Shown here: piece by piece, positions 51,836 through 64,000 of the stretch
How the letters are laid out: each line of letters begins with the position of its first letter
How positions within the stretch are numbered: position 1 is the first letter of the stretch
Notes under the pieces: generated by a model
What the model was told of the DNA's origin: nothing
The model's database searches: none
What the model saw: only the letters and a program-made list of their open reading frames with translations
Origin: Piromyces finnis finn
Lineage: Eukaryota; Fungi; Neocallimastigomycota
Direction: 5' to 3'
Length of the DNA: 64,000 nucleotides
Assembly (NCBI GenBank): GCA_002104945.1
Contig: MCFH01000007.1
Coordinates: 186,001 to 250,000, forward strand
Translations under genes and position numbers: made by a program

Positions 51836-54800
51836 TTCCTCTTGGGAACGTGCCTTCATTTATTTAATAAATGTAGTTTCTCAAGGGGGTCTACTCATGC
51901 TCATGGTACTGAGAGAGTAGGAAGAATTAAATCCAAGTATTGCGCAATGGATGCTTGGTTAGTCTTTAAGGGAAAATTATTAGGACTAAGCTCATGGTAC
52001 TGAGCGATTAAAAAACATTTATCCATCGAATTTAAGTATTTGATGAATAAGTTGAATGTTTGATATTCAGGTAAGTTTGTATAGTATTTAATTAGAAGAG
52101 TAATACATTTTGTTGCTGTATTTTTTCTTTTATTCATGTATTCATGTAGTACTACTCTTCTCTTGTAAGAATCCAATGTAGGCAACTTTAGCATTTGCAT
52201 TGTATTTTTATATTCATGTAGCTATTGTTGTATTGTTTCTTGTAAGAGACTGATTCACTCTACATCATGTAAAAATACTATTCACAAGCTTTCTGGTGTC
52301 GGCATTCTTGATTCAAATTTTTTACCAATTTAAATATTTAATGAAAAGTAAAGTCAAACAAGTTTAGTGTCAAAAAGCGAATCGAATTTACTAACAACAA
52401 ACCAAAACTAGAATTTTTAAAGAAAATTTACAACTAGAATTCAAAAAAAGAAACTTTAAACTTTAAACAAAGCATCGTAACAATTTTTGTACTATCCAGT
52501 ACTTTTAAGAAGAGAGAGAGAGACAGATTTTTTTCCATATACGTTATATTTATAATTTTTATTAGTATTTATTTTATATTCAATATTTTTTAATTAGAAT
52601 TAATTATCATGTCAGTCCTTTATATTAAAGATAAGAATTATATCAGACGTGGTACCCGGTCTTATGGTATCCCCTTAGATGATATTCGCTCCTTCTTTAT
52701 CCGTGGTATTCGATCATGGTCAGTAAATATGCTATGGGAAAAACTCGAGGTTATTCTAGAAGATAAATTTAATTCAGTTATTAGTGTTAAATATTTTCAG
52801 ACTTTCAATGATCACTTTTTCTTAGTCAAGGTTCATGGTTCATCGAAAGATTGTATTAAAATCTTACACATGTTAAAGAAGAAACTTTCAGTTACCTCAA
52901 TTTCCTTTTCAGCTCGTAGTAGAAGGAATCACAAATACACTTTTTCCACTCTCAAACGTAAAATTTTAGTTTCTAATAAACATCAACTTTCAATTCAACA
53001 ATCAATTCAACAATCAGTTCAACAATCTCATCAACAATCCGATCTTCAACAAGATCTTCAACAGGATCTTCAACAAGTTTCCCATCATGAAAATATTCCA
53101 GATCTACAGCAAACACAATTTCAATCTCAACATTCAACAATTAATTCTAATAGTTCTATCAACTCTGATAACAGTTCAATAGTTGATAGTTCTTCAGTCT
53201 CACAGCCATCTAGTAATAGTTCTACTTATTCCTCTGATGCATCATCCATTAATAACGATGACTTTAATAATAATAATAATAGCAACGATTCTTCCTCATC
53301 CAACAAGCCTGATAACTTTTCTTTTTGTCTTAGTTGGAACACCAATGGGTGGAATCACGAAAAGAGAGATAGTATTAGCTATTTCACAGCTATTTTCAAA
53401 CCATTATTTTTATGTTTCCAAGAAACTGGTAATGGTTCTGGATCGAATACAGATTATCCTTGTCGTGTTACTTTGCGAAACTATAGACACTTTTTCAAGA
53501 AAGCTGACGAATCAGTTCCTGGAATGAGAGGTTTATATTTAGGTTTTCACAATTCATGTCAAGCCTCACTTGAAAACTTCTCTGGAAAGTATATTATTTC
53601 TATTTATACTTTTAGTCTCTGGAATAGATTCAAATGCTCGATTGGAAATGTTTATATGCCTCATAGTCATCACAACATCTATGTTGATCATGCAAAGTTA
53701 GAAGTTCGCTTGTGGTTACAAACTCATTCATCCCATCCATCGATTCTTGTTGGTGATTTTAATATGTCTAAAGTAAAATTATCCAACTGGTTATCAACTA
53801 ATGGATTAGGAGATTGGGAAATTCTTCCGCTTAGAGGGTCGACTATCTCTTGGACTCGAGGTGATCAATCTTCCGACATTGACCATGCTCTTATCAATTC
53901 GAAGATGAAAGATCTTATTCACTCAGGATCATTTATAAATAATTTTTATCCTGTATCAGACCATAAGCCACTTCTTATTAATGGTAAAATTATTCCTATG
54001 GAAGATTTTTCTAATGACTTTAATGTTCCTAAGAAAATTCTGAAATGGAATAGATTAAAATGTATTGAGGAAAAGGAATCTATTCTCAGTCATAATAAAT
54101 TCCAAATTCTTTCAGCAAAATTCAACGATCCTAATGTTTCTACAGATGAACTTTCCAAAGAATTTACTTCAACTGCTTTTTCAATTGCAGACGAGCTCAG
54201 TATTACCTCAGCAAATAATGTTATAAAGTCTTCATTTCATATTTCACAACAAATTTTTAATCTTCAAAAAATCAAAATGAAGTTGTATAAGAGATTTAAA
54301 AAGAAAGAATTTATGATATAGATGAATTTATTAAAAGAATTAAAATCTACCGTAAGCTCATTGATTACATCCACAAAAGATGTAATGAATTTAGGAAGCA
54401 AGAATATCTTCATTGGATTAAAACAGGATGTGAGTATATGAAGAGTTATAATCCTAAGAAGGCCTGGAAATGGATCAAGAAAACTGCAAAAATTGGAAAA
54501 GATACTTTCTTTATTGCTCAACCAATTAAAAATAAAAATGGAGAATTAGTTGTTGCTACGGAAGAACAACTAGAAGTGTGGCATGATCATTTCGAAAAGC
54601 TTGCATCAGATCCAAGTGGTGTAAGTCTTGATTTGGAGCATTGGTATGAAGAACCAACGAATAAACGTTTTTCACTTCCTATGCTTGATGAGTGGGATAT
54701 CAACCAAGATGTTAGTATTGATGAAGTCAAGTCAGCTATCCTCTCTACTCCAAATTATAAAGCATCAGGTCCGGATGGTATTCCAATTGAATTTTACAAA

Positions 54801-57427
54801 GCATTAATTCCATCAAGTAATGGTTCTAATAATGCTACAGATAATAATTCTTCTGGCAATACCACTTCAGATAATGATGCTCATGGGTTAAATTTTATTC
54901 TTAAATTATTCAACCGTATTTGGGATGGAGATTTCCCCAACTCATGGAATGAATCCAGTATTGTTTCTATTCCTAAGAAGGGAGATTTGACAGATTGTGA
55001 TAACTATCGAGGTATATCACTTATCAATAATGGTATTAAGTTGATTTCCAAAATTGGCACCACTAGAATCTCAGAATATGGTCTAAAGGATAATTTCATT
55101 AGACCTGAACAATTTGGTTTTCGAAAAAAGGAAGAAAGTATCAGTCTTTTCATTTCAACCCAAGAAATATGCCGTAGACGTCAATTAGATAATAAAGAGA
55201 CATATTTGGCCTTTTTAGATCTCAGGAAAGCATACGATTCAGTCCCAATCGGTAATATTCTCCATAAATTAGATTATTTAGGAATCCGAGGTAAGAGTTT
55301 ACAATTTATCAAAAATTTATATTTAACATCTAAGGCTAATGTCAAATTAGATGGACAATTCTCGAAATCTTTTGATGTGAAGAAAGGAGTCCGTCAAGGT
55401 TGCCCTCTTTCTCCTATTCTCTTTAATCTCTTTATTAATGATATATTTAAAGAGTGCGAAGATCTTGGAGTAAGTTTAGGTGACACTCGATGCTGTGGTG
55501 GACTTTTTGCAGATGATATAGTTATTTGTGCTCCAACAAGAGGATGCTTAAAAAAGATGCTTAGAAGAGTTAATGAATGGGCATTGTATAATGAAATGGA
55601 ATTTGGTATCCAGAAATGTTCAACGATGGTGATTCGTCCTGAATCAATAGAAAATCAGAACAAGAGATATCCAACATTTTACTTAGCAGGACAACCCATT
55701 CCAACTACTGATTGTTATACTTATCTTGGTGTTCCATTTGATAAGAATCTGTCCCTTAAACCAGTTATTAAAACTCTTAATAACAAGGTTTTGAAAGGAC
55801 TTTTCTCAGTCAGTAAATTCTTAAGAAATCCTAATATTCCTATTCCTTTCAAAAAGCTAGTACTTAACTCACAAGTGATTAGCAGAGTTTCATACTTTGC
55901 ACCATTACTTGGATCCAACAAAGCTAGGTCTAGGATTGCTCAGAAGCATGTTAACAAAGGAATACGATGGGTTGCAGGAGTTCATAAAGCTGTATCGTTT
56001 ATATCTTTATATTCTATCTCAAAAGATTTGAATATTCCTCCATTGTCAGCCAAATGTGCGTTAGCTCAGGTTAGATGTTTTAACAAATGGAAAAACTCGA
56101 ATTGTATTATCTCACACCTTGTCAATTACATTCCTAAATTTAGAAAATACACGTGGTGCAAATCAAGTAGGACACTTGATAAAAAATTAAAGAAACATGG
56201 AGATGTTAAAACAGTTAAAAATTTTTATTGGAAAGATCTCAAAGGGAATTCAATCAAAGCGCAATATTATGATGATAATAAATTTATTGAAACTAAAGAT
56301 TTTATTAAATTATGTTATGAATACCCAGAGTTTGCCTATGGCTTCTACTGGCTATTGAAAGCAAGAAGCGGATACAAGTTGGATGCTAGAGTTGCCAAAG
56401 CTGCTAAATTTGTTGATCCAGTTTGTCCTAACTACTGTCCATGTTGCAAGTGTGATGTTCAAAGTATTAAACATTGGTTATTAGATTGTCCAACATTTAG
56501 AGATATCCGTATTAAACATTATGATTCTATAGTCCATCTATTAAATTTTTTCAGTCAACGTAATTCCAATAGTCCTATCAATAATAATGAAAATGTTAAT
56601 ATCAGTAGAGATAGTAATAATATTAATAGTAATAGTAATAATAGTAGTAATAATAATTACAATAGTAATAGTAACAATAGTAATAATAACAATAGTAATA
56701 ATAACAATAGTAATAATAACAATAGTAATAATAACAATAGTAGTAATAGAAATAATAATATTAGTAATGATAGCAATAGTGAAGATAATAATTCTAATTT
56801 AGATAGTAATTTAGTTAATGATAGTAATAGTTCTAATAACCGGTGAATATTAATGTGTATGCTTATTCTAGTGTGTAAAATAAAATATTTAAATTCCTTC
56901 TTGGGGGAAGAAGTTTTAACAATATTAATTACAATTCAAGGGAATGGAAAGAACTTTGTAAGCGTCAGATTCAATCTGGTACTAATGAAGGAACACCATT
57001 CTTGATGGTAACCGCGGAACTTCTAACCAAAATCATGCCTTTTGCTATTGGCCAGCAATGGTCAATGTTCAAAAGGTTTGAAGCAACAGCCAAGAGCGTC
57101 AATGCTGAAGAAACAGTAAGAAAGGCCAGGAGGGCCAGCGCAACCAATGGAGATCATAATTTTGTACAATGATAAAATTTTGATCTTTGGCTCGGTGTCC
57201 CATTGAAAGTCAAATACAATTATTATACTTCAGTATAATAATGGCTTTCTTACTTTAATTAAAATTACTAGAATACATTATACCCAATTTTTATTCATTT
57301 GTGTTTATTTAAACATATTTTTTTTTATTTTTATTTTATTTTAATTTTTATATTACATGTATTATAATTTTAATTAAATTAATAATAAAGTTTAAAATAT
57401 TTGATGCCGTTAAAAAAAAAAAAAAAT
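51836..57427 (+). mobile_element. Full-length non-LTR retrotransposon (APE endonuclease + RT + CCHC knuckle), copy D, with two 1-bp deletions
   Basis: APE: SWNTNG, FQETG, VGDFN, SDIDH, SDHKP. RT: SGPDGIP, NYRGISL, QFGFR, FLDLRKAYDSV, GVRQGCPLSPILFNL, FADD, YLGV. Knuckle: CPCCKC..HWLLDC. Poly(A) at 57412-57426. The 5' boundary is inferred from the break in copy C. Confidence 0.93.
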
Positions 57428-59282
57428 TTGTATAATGAAATGGAATTTGGTATCCAGAAATGTTCAACGATGGTGATTCGTCCTGAATCAATAGAAAATC
57501 AGAACAAGAGAGATCCAACATTTTACTTAGCAGGACAACCCATTCCAACTACTGATTGTTATACTTATCTTGGTGTTCCATTTGATAAGAATCTGTCCCT
57601 TAAACCAGTTATTAAAACTCTTAATAACAAGGTTTTGAAAGGACTTTTCTCAGTCAGTAAATTCTTAAGAAATCCTAATATTCCTATTCCTTTCAAAAAG
57701 CTAGTACTTAACTCACAAGTGATTAGCAGAGTTTCATACTTTGCACCATTACTTGGATCCAACAAAGCTAGGTCTAGGATTGCTCAGAAGCATGTTAACA
57801 AAGGAATACGATGGGTTGCAGGAGTTCATAAAGCTGTATCGTTTATATCTTTATATTCTATCTCAAAAGATTTGAATATTCCTCCATTGTCAGCCAAATG
57901 TGCGTTAGCTCAGGTTAGATGTTTTAACAAATGGAAAAACTCGAATTGTATTATCTCACACCTTGTCAATTACATTCCTAAATTTAGAAAATACACGTGG
58001 TGCAAATCAAGTAGGACACTTGATAAAAAATTAAAGAAACATGGAGATGTTAAAACAGTTAAAAATTTTTATTGGAAAGATCTCAAAGGGAATTCAATCA
58101 AAGCGCAATATTATGATGATAATAAATTTATTGAAACTAAAGATTTTATTAAATTATGTTATGAATACCCAGAGTTTGCCTATGGCTTCTACTGGCTATT
58201 GAAAGCAAGAAGCGGATACAAGTTGGATGCTAGAGTTGCCAAAGCTGCTAAATTTGTTGATCCAGTTTGTCCTAACTACTGTCCATGTTGCAAGTGTGGT
58301 GTTCAAAGTATTAAACATTGGTTATTAGATTGTCCAACATTTAGAGATATCCGTATTAAACATTATGATTCTATAGTCCAGCTACTAAATTTTTTCAATC
58401 AACGTAATTCCAACAGTCCTATCAATAATAATGAAAATGTTAATATCAGTAGAGATAGTAATAATATTAATAGTAATAGTAATAATAGTAGTAATAATAA
58501 TTACAATAGTAATAGTAACAATAGTAATAATAACAATAGTAATAATAACAATAGTAATAATAACAATAGTAATAATAACAATAGTAGTAATAGAAATAAT
58601 AATATTAGTAATGATAGCAATAGTGAAGATAATAATTCTAATTTAGATAGTAATTTAGTTAATGATAGTAATAGTTCTAATAACCGGTGAATATTAATGT
58701 GTATGCTTATTCTAGTGTGTAAAATAAAATATTTAAATTCCTTCTTAGGGGAAGAAGTTTTAAGAATATTAAATTACAATTCAAGGGAATGGAAAGAACT
58801 TTGCAAGTGTCAGATTCAATTTGGCACTAACGAAGGAACACCATTCTTAACGGTAACCGCGGAACTTCTAACCAAAATCATGCCTTTTGCTATTGGCCAG
58901 CAATGGTCAATGTTCAAAAGGTTTGAAGCAACAGCCAAGAGCGTCAATGCTGAAGAAACAGTAAGAAAGGCCAGGAGGGCCAGCGCAACCAATGGAGATC
59001 ATAATTTTGTACAATGATAAAATTTTGATCTTTGGCTCGGTGTCCCATTGAAAGTCAAATACAATTATTATACTTCAGTATAATAATGGCTTTCTTACTT
59101 TAATTAAAATTACTAGAATACATTATACTCAATTTTTATTCATTTGTATTTATTTAAACTTATTTTTTTTATTTTTATTTTTAATTTTATTTTTTAATTT
59201 TTTATATAACATGTATTATAATTTTAATTAAATTAATAATAAAGTTTAAAAACATTTGATGACGTTGAAAAAAAAAAAAAAA
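57428..59282 (+). mobile_element. LINE copy from mid-RT to poly(A), probable right piece of copy C
   Basis: Resumes at ttgtataatgaaatgg (element position about 55584), is near-identical to 55584-57426, and has poly(A) at 59268-59282. Confidence 0.92.
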
Positions 59283-59605
59283 TGTTCAAAAGAATTTAAA
59301 CAACAACCAAGAGCGTCAATACTGAAGAATCAATAAGACAGGCCAGTAGGTTAGCGAAACCAATGAAGATCATAATTTTATTCTCTGACAAAATTTGACC
59401 TATGAGGCTTAGTCCCATTGGAAGTTGGATACAGTTAATGTACTCAAGTATAATAATAGCATTTTTACATTAATTAAAATTAGAATATATCATTATATTC
59501 ATTTTTTTTTAATTCATATATAGTAAATTAAATTTATTTTTAAATTTTTATTTAAATATTAATAAAAATTTTAAAATATTTGCTGATGTAATAAAGAAAA
59601 AAAAG
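59283..59605 (+). mobile_element. Diverged short 3' LINE fragment
   Basis: tgttcaaaag...ccaagagcgtcaat.ctgaagaa...gatcataatttt...cccattggaagt, ending in an A-rich tail. Confidence 0.8.
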
Positions 59606-59639
59606 ATGATGATAATTATAATTCTTTTAATTTGAATAG

Positions 59640-59905
59640 TTTTTGTTTGCTTAAATAGTAATATAGTTTATAATAATTCTAATAATTCAATATTAAATAA
59701 AATTAATATATATTTTAGATTATTGGAGTGAATATTAATGTGTATAATTATACTAGCGTATGCAAGAAATATAAAAATTCCTTCTTAAGGGAAGAAGTTT
59801 TAGCAATAACAATTTAAAAGAATGGAATGAACTTTATATGTATCAAATTAAATAGGATAAGCACTTATAAAATATCTCTATTTCTGATGGTCATTCCAGA
59901 ACTTC

Positions 59906-59955
<50 letters not shown>

Positions 59956-60235
59956 TATTATGTTGTTGATTCTTAAATGATTTAAGCATAAATCAAGAGA
60001 TCAGTAGGGTTAGCGTAATCAATGGAGATTATAATTTTGTCCCATGATAAAATTCGACCTTTGTGGTCAAATACAATTGTTATACTAGTGGTCTTCTTAT
60101 TTTGATTAAAATTACAATAATACATTAAATTATACACATATTTTGCTCATTAAATCTATTTTTTAAATTTTTATTTTTAAAATATATATCATAATTCTAG
60201 CTAAAGTAATAAAGGTTTCCATTAAAAAATAACAT
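59640..60235 (+). mobile_element. Decayed 3' LINE fragment containing an (AAT)n expansion
   Basis: gtgaatattaatgtgtat, aattccttctt..gggaagaagtttt, aatggagat.ataattttgtcccatgataaaatt, and (AAT)n at about 59907-59955. Confidence 0.75.
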
Positions 60236-60324
60236 AAAAATTCTCTTGTATTAATATTTCTAGTATTCTAGTGCACTTGATTTAAATTTTATATACATAG
60301 ACTATTTAATTAAATTTATGATAC

Positions 60325-61520
60325 CGACTGTCCCAACTTATGGAATGAATCCATTATTATTTTTATTCCTAAGAAATTAAATTTGTTAGATTGAGATAAA
60401 TATTTTGGTATCTTATTTACCAATTGATACAAAGTAATTTTAAAAATTGCTACTACTAAAATTTCAAGATATATTATTAATAAAACTTTAATCAAACCAG
60501 AAACATGTTAATAAGGAAATATTATAAATATAATAGGTTGAGGTGTTTGTACAGCTGTATCATTTATATCTGTATGTTCTATTACAAAACTATTTATTAT
60601 TAACAAATGGAAAAGATTTAAATTAGGTCATTTTTTCTTATTCAGTTATATTTCTAAATTTAGAGAATATAGATAATACAGATTGAGTAGTACTTTAAAT
60701 AAAAATTAAAAGAAACATGGAAATGTTAAAGCAGTTATAAGCTTTTATTAGAAAAAACTTCAAAAGAAAATTAATTATAGTCCTTATGATAAAAACAAGT
60801 TTGAAGATGTAGAAATTATAGATTTTATTAAATTTTGTTATGAGCATCTTAAATATTCATATGGTTTCTAGTGATTATTGGAAGAAGGAAACAGATATAA
60901 ATTGGTTACTAAATTAGGTGATCCAGTTTGTCCGAATTACTGTGAAAATCAAAGAATCAAAGTATTCAACATTAGCAAAATATCTAATATCTAGTGATAT
61001 TGGTATTAAACATTTATAATTAATTATCCAAAATTTCAGTTTCTTATCAAAATTCATTTAAATAATTCTATTAATACTACTACTACTACTACTTTAATAA
61101 TAATAATAATAATTTGATGAATATTAATATAAATAATACAATCGTTATAGTATATGCAAAAAATATTTAAATTCCTTTTCGTGAAATAAGTTGTAATAAT
61201 AATAATAATTTAAGTGAATGAAAAGAACTTTTTAAGTGTCAAACTAAATCAGTCACTTATAAAGAATCTCCATTTTTAACAGTTAATATATATCTTTTTA
61301 CTAAAATCATGCCTTATGTTATTGGTCAATAAAATAGAAAATAGGCAATATTTAAATGGTTGAAGTAACAACCAAGTGTCGATACTGAAGAAATAGTTAA
61401 GAAAAGCCAGCGGAATCAGGGAAATAATGATATTCAAATTTTGTTTTTTGAGAATATTTGATCCTAACCTTTAGTTATATTGAAAGTTATACAATTATAC
61501 AATTATCAGTAGTGTAGTTT
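60325..61520 (+). mobile_element. Old, internally deleted LINE remnant (RT start to 3' end)
   Basis: cccaacttatggaatgaatcca..attcctaagaaa, aagaaacatgga.atgttaaagcagtta, gatccagtttgtcc.aattactg, ctaaaatcatgcctt. Confidence 0.75.
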
Positions 61521-62517
61521 AATCTTAATATTAAAATATTATATCCATTTTGATTTGTAATTCATTTTACTTTTTTTTTAATTTTAAATTTATTTTTTAA
61601 TTGAGCTTGTATATAATTCTGTTTAATAAAATAAATAATATAATAACTGTTTTAAAATATTTATTGCTGTTCAAATTTTTAAGGAAGAAAAAAAATAAAA
61701 TAAATGTTAATTTTTTGTATAAAAATGGGTTTAAATTTTTTATTAGAAAAAAGTAAATTTGTTTTTTTTTTAATTTTAATCTGCGATAGTTAATGTTCAA
61801 TAAATTTAAAACAATAACTGTGTTAATAATCGAGAGTGTAGATTAATATGGTGTTGTCCCAGAAGAGTATACTTTTCTTAACAATAACTTTTGAAATTTT
61901 TGAAAAGTAAATATATTTTAATATACGAAAGCTTTATTATGATTCGCTAAATCTTTTTAGTAATTAAACCCAGTAGTTTTTTTTTTTTTTTTTTAAATAA
62001 ATAGTATGTGATATAAATTATAATTTTTTAAAAATTATATCTTCTAATATTATCCAATGTGAACTTTTTAATAATAACATCATTTTTAATAAATTAATAA
62101 AAAGGAAAATGAAAAGGTAATTATGAAAAATTCTATACATTCCAAACTATAATATTAAATTAAATGTTCAACCTTTAATTATCTTCTAATAATTATCTCA
62201 AACATAATGTCAATTATGAAATTGGAAGGCAATATGGCATATTCTAATTTTTGTATAGAAAAAAATATAAACTAAATGTATTAGAAATATGTATGTAATG
62301 ACGAATAATATAAACAAAATAATTAAATGTACACTAATAAATGTATATGTAAATAAAATTTATTTTATTAAGTAAATATAAATAATAATGTGATTTCTTT
62401 ATTTACAAAATTAAAAATTTTTTTTTTTTCGAAATCTAAATTATTAATTTAGATAAGATTTAAGAATAGAAAAACGAATATTGTTTTTAATACAATTATA
62501 TATATTAAAACAATAAT

Positions 62518-63814
62518 ATGACTGATTATATACCAGTAGAAAAAAGTGAAAATAATTTAATTGTAGATGTTAATAATGAACCAGATTATCAACCTGATAG
62601 TTTTAAAAAAACATACAATAAAAAAGGAAATAGAGAAGGTTATATTACAATTGCTATTTCATTTATATTATGGACATTATTCTATAAACTCAGTTTAGTT
62701 GGTGGTGATTTAGGGTGGATAAAGGATCATTTATTCTTGATTGGTTCATTACTTTTTACATCTTTTCTATCATATAGTGTGATGCTTTGGAGAGTAGCAT
62801 TTTTGAGAATTTCAAAAAGATTAAAGCTACTTAGTTATTGTTTAATAATTTTTTCCCTTGTAGGATTTTTAATATATGATCATGGTGAACTTTTTGATTA
62901 CCATGGTATGTATAATTTTATGGTATTTTGTTTATTTGTTTTCATTGGAGATGGAATTGCTATCATTATATATTTTTGGTACAAATTATTTGGTAGAAAA
63001 AAGTTCATTATTTCGTTTACTTCATTTATTTTAATTATTGTAGTTATCTTAATTATTTCACTAAGACATTATATGAATATTTGGGGTAATGGTTATCTAA
63101 ATAAAAAAATTGAAGAAGGAGGGCAAAATTGTAAAGTTAGAAGACCAATTCCATGGTTTGATTTACTTCCAAGAGGTACACAGAACTTTTGGACTGGATC
63201 TCAAAGCTGTGCTAGAGAAGAAAAATTTGATGCTTTTTTTGATTCCACTGAAGAAAACAAATTAGTAGTATCTGGTTGTCCAAAAAGTGAAAAAATAACT
63301 TTTATGATATTACCTGAAACTCGTAATTTAACTTTCTATCAAAAGCAAGATGATATTTTTCGAGAATCAGTAATGAGCTTAGCGGAAGAAAAGATATATG
63401 ATTATACCGAGCCCATTAATCTTCCAGATATAGAAGCAGTATATATTACCTGTGGTGAACAAAGCAAATTAGTTACTCGTTTAGCTGGAAGAAGAGTTGA
63501 ACCACAGGTAGACAAAGTGCCAAAAGAAAAATTAAATGTTCTATTGATGTATTTTGATGCTGTTTCACGTAGACAGTTTTTCCGTAACCTTCCTAAAACA
63601 GTTAAAAAACTTGAAAGTCTAAATAATTCAGGTATCATGCATTTAAACCAGTTCTTCCGTTATGGTGTTATTGGTTTTAATACTAATAGAAATTCGTTAG
63701 GATTATTTGCCGGTGTACAATTAGAGAGAGGTAAAAAAGGTGTCCCAATTTGGGAAGATTATAGAAATCATGGATATGTAGCTGGTGCAGCTGATGATCA
63801 TTGTGAAGATTGGG
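62518..63814 (+). CDS. Multi-pass membrane protein with a DUF229/alkaline-phosphatase-superfamily domain, first exon; gene continues beyond the window
   Basis: About five hydrophobic segments in the first 190 aa, then LNVLLMYFDAVSRRQFFRNLPKT and GFNTNRN, typical of DUF229. A donor G/GTATGT at 63815 means ORF codons after 63814 are intronic. Confidence 0.7.
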
Positions 63815-64000
63815 GTATGTATATTATTATTATTTATCATTGTTTTATATTGAAATTATTACTAATTAAATATTTATTTATTTTTTTTTTCATATTTAAC
63901 ATTATTGCTCATTATTTTATTAATATCTTTAAAATATTATGCTTTCGAACCATTTATTTCAATCATATATATACGTTCAATTCATGATATAATTATATTA

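Noticed and set aside
51575-52003. 142-aa ORF beginning with poly-Lys; similar starts at 57401 and 49378
   Set aside because: Chimeric frames reading through poly(A) tails and insertion junctions; not genes.
54290-54321. ORF1/ORF2 boundary as suggested by the ORF track
   Set aside because: The endonuclease lies in the first ORF and the RT in the second, and the frames overlap at an A-run, so a 1-bp deletion in one ORF is more parsimonious.
49391-59605. Spaced identical repeats superficially like a CRISPR array or LTRs
   Set aside because: They are LINE 3' UTRs with poly(A) tails and TSDs; there are no constant-length unique spacers, cas genes, PBS or PPT.

Overview
This is extremely AT-rich, intron-rich eukaryotic DNA, most consistent with an anaerobic gut fungus (Neocallimastigomycota). 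That host call is an inference from composition, GT-AG introns, a basal-body CEP135 gene and intronless bacterial-type genes. The left 41 kb is gene-dense. It holds a partial mitochondrial-carrier-like gene, histone H3 (missed by the ORF track), two bacterial-type MATE transporters (one frameshifted), an AIRAPL-like AN1 zinc-finger gene, an ABCC transporter, RanBP9/10, CEP135, a DUF998 gene and a 1082-aa LeuB-LeuC-LeuD fusion. The right 23 kb holds RPL6 flanked by about 14 co-oriented APE-type LINE pieces, then the start of a DUF229-like membrane protein. Three observations stand out. (1) A nested LINE array in which stacked target-site duplications at 49364-49390 show successive insertions at the 5' junction of the previous copy. 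(2) The three-domain leucine-pathway fusion with a non-canonical dehydratase module. (3) An apparently intact ABCC gene in which both composite ATPase sites look degenerate.
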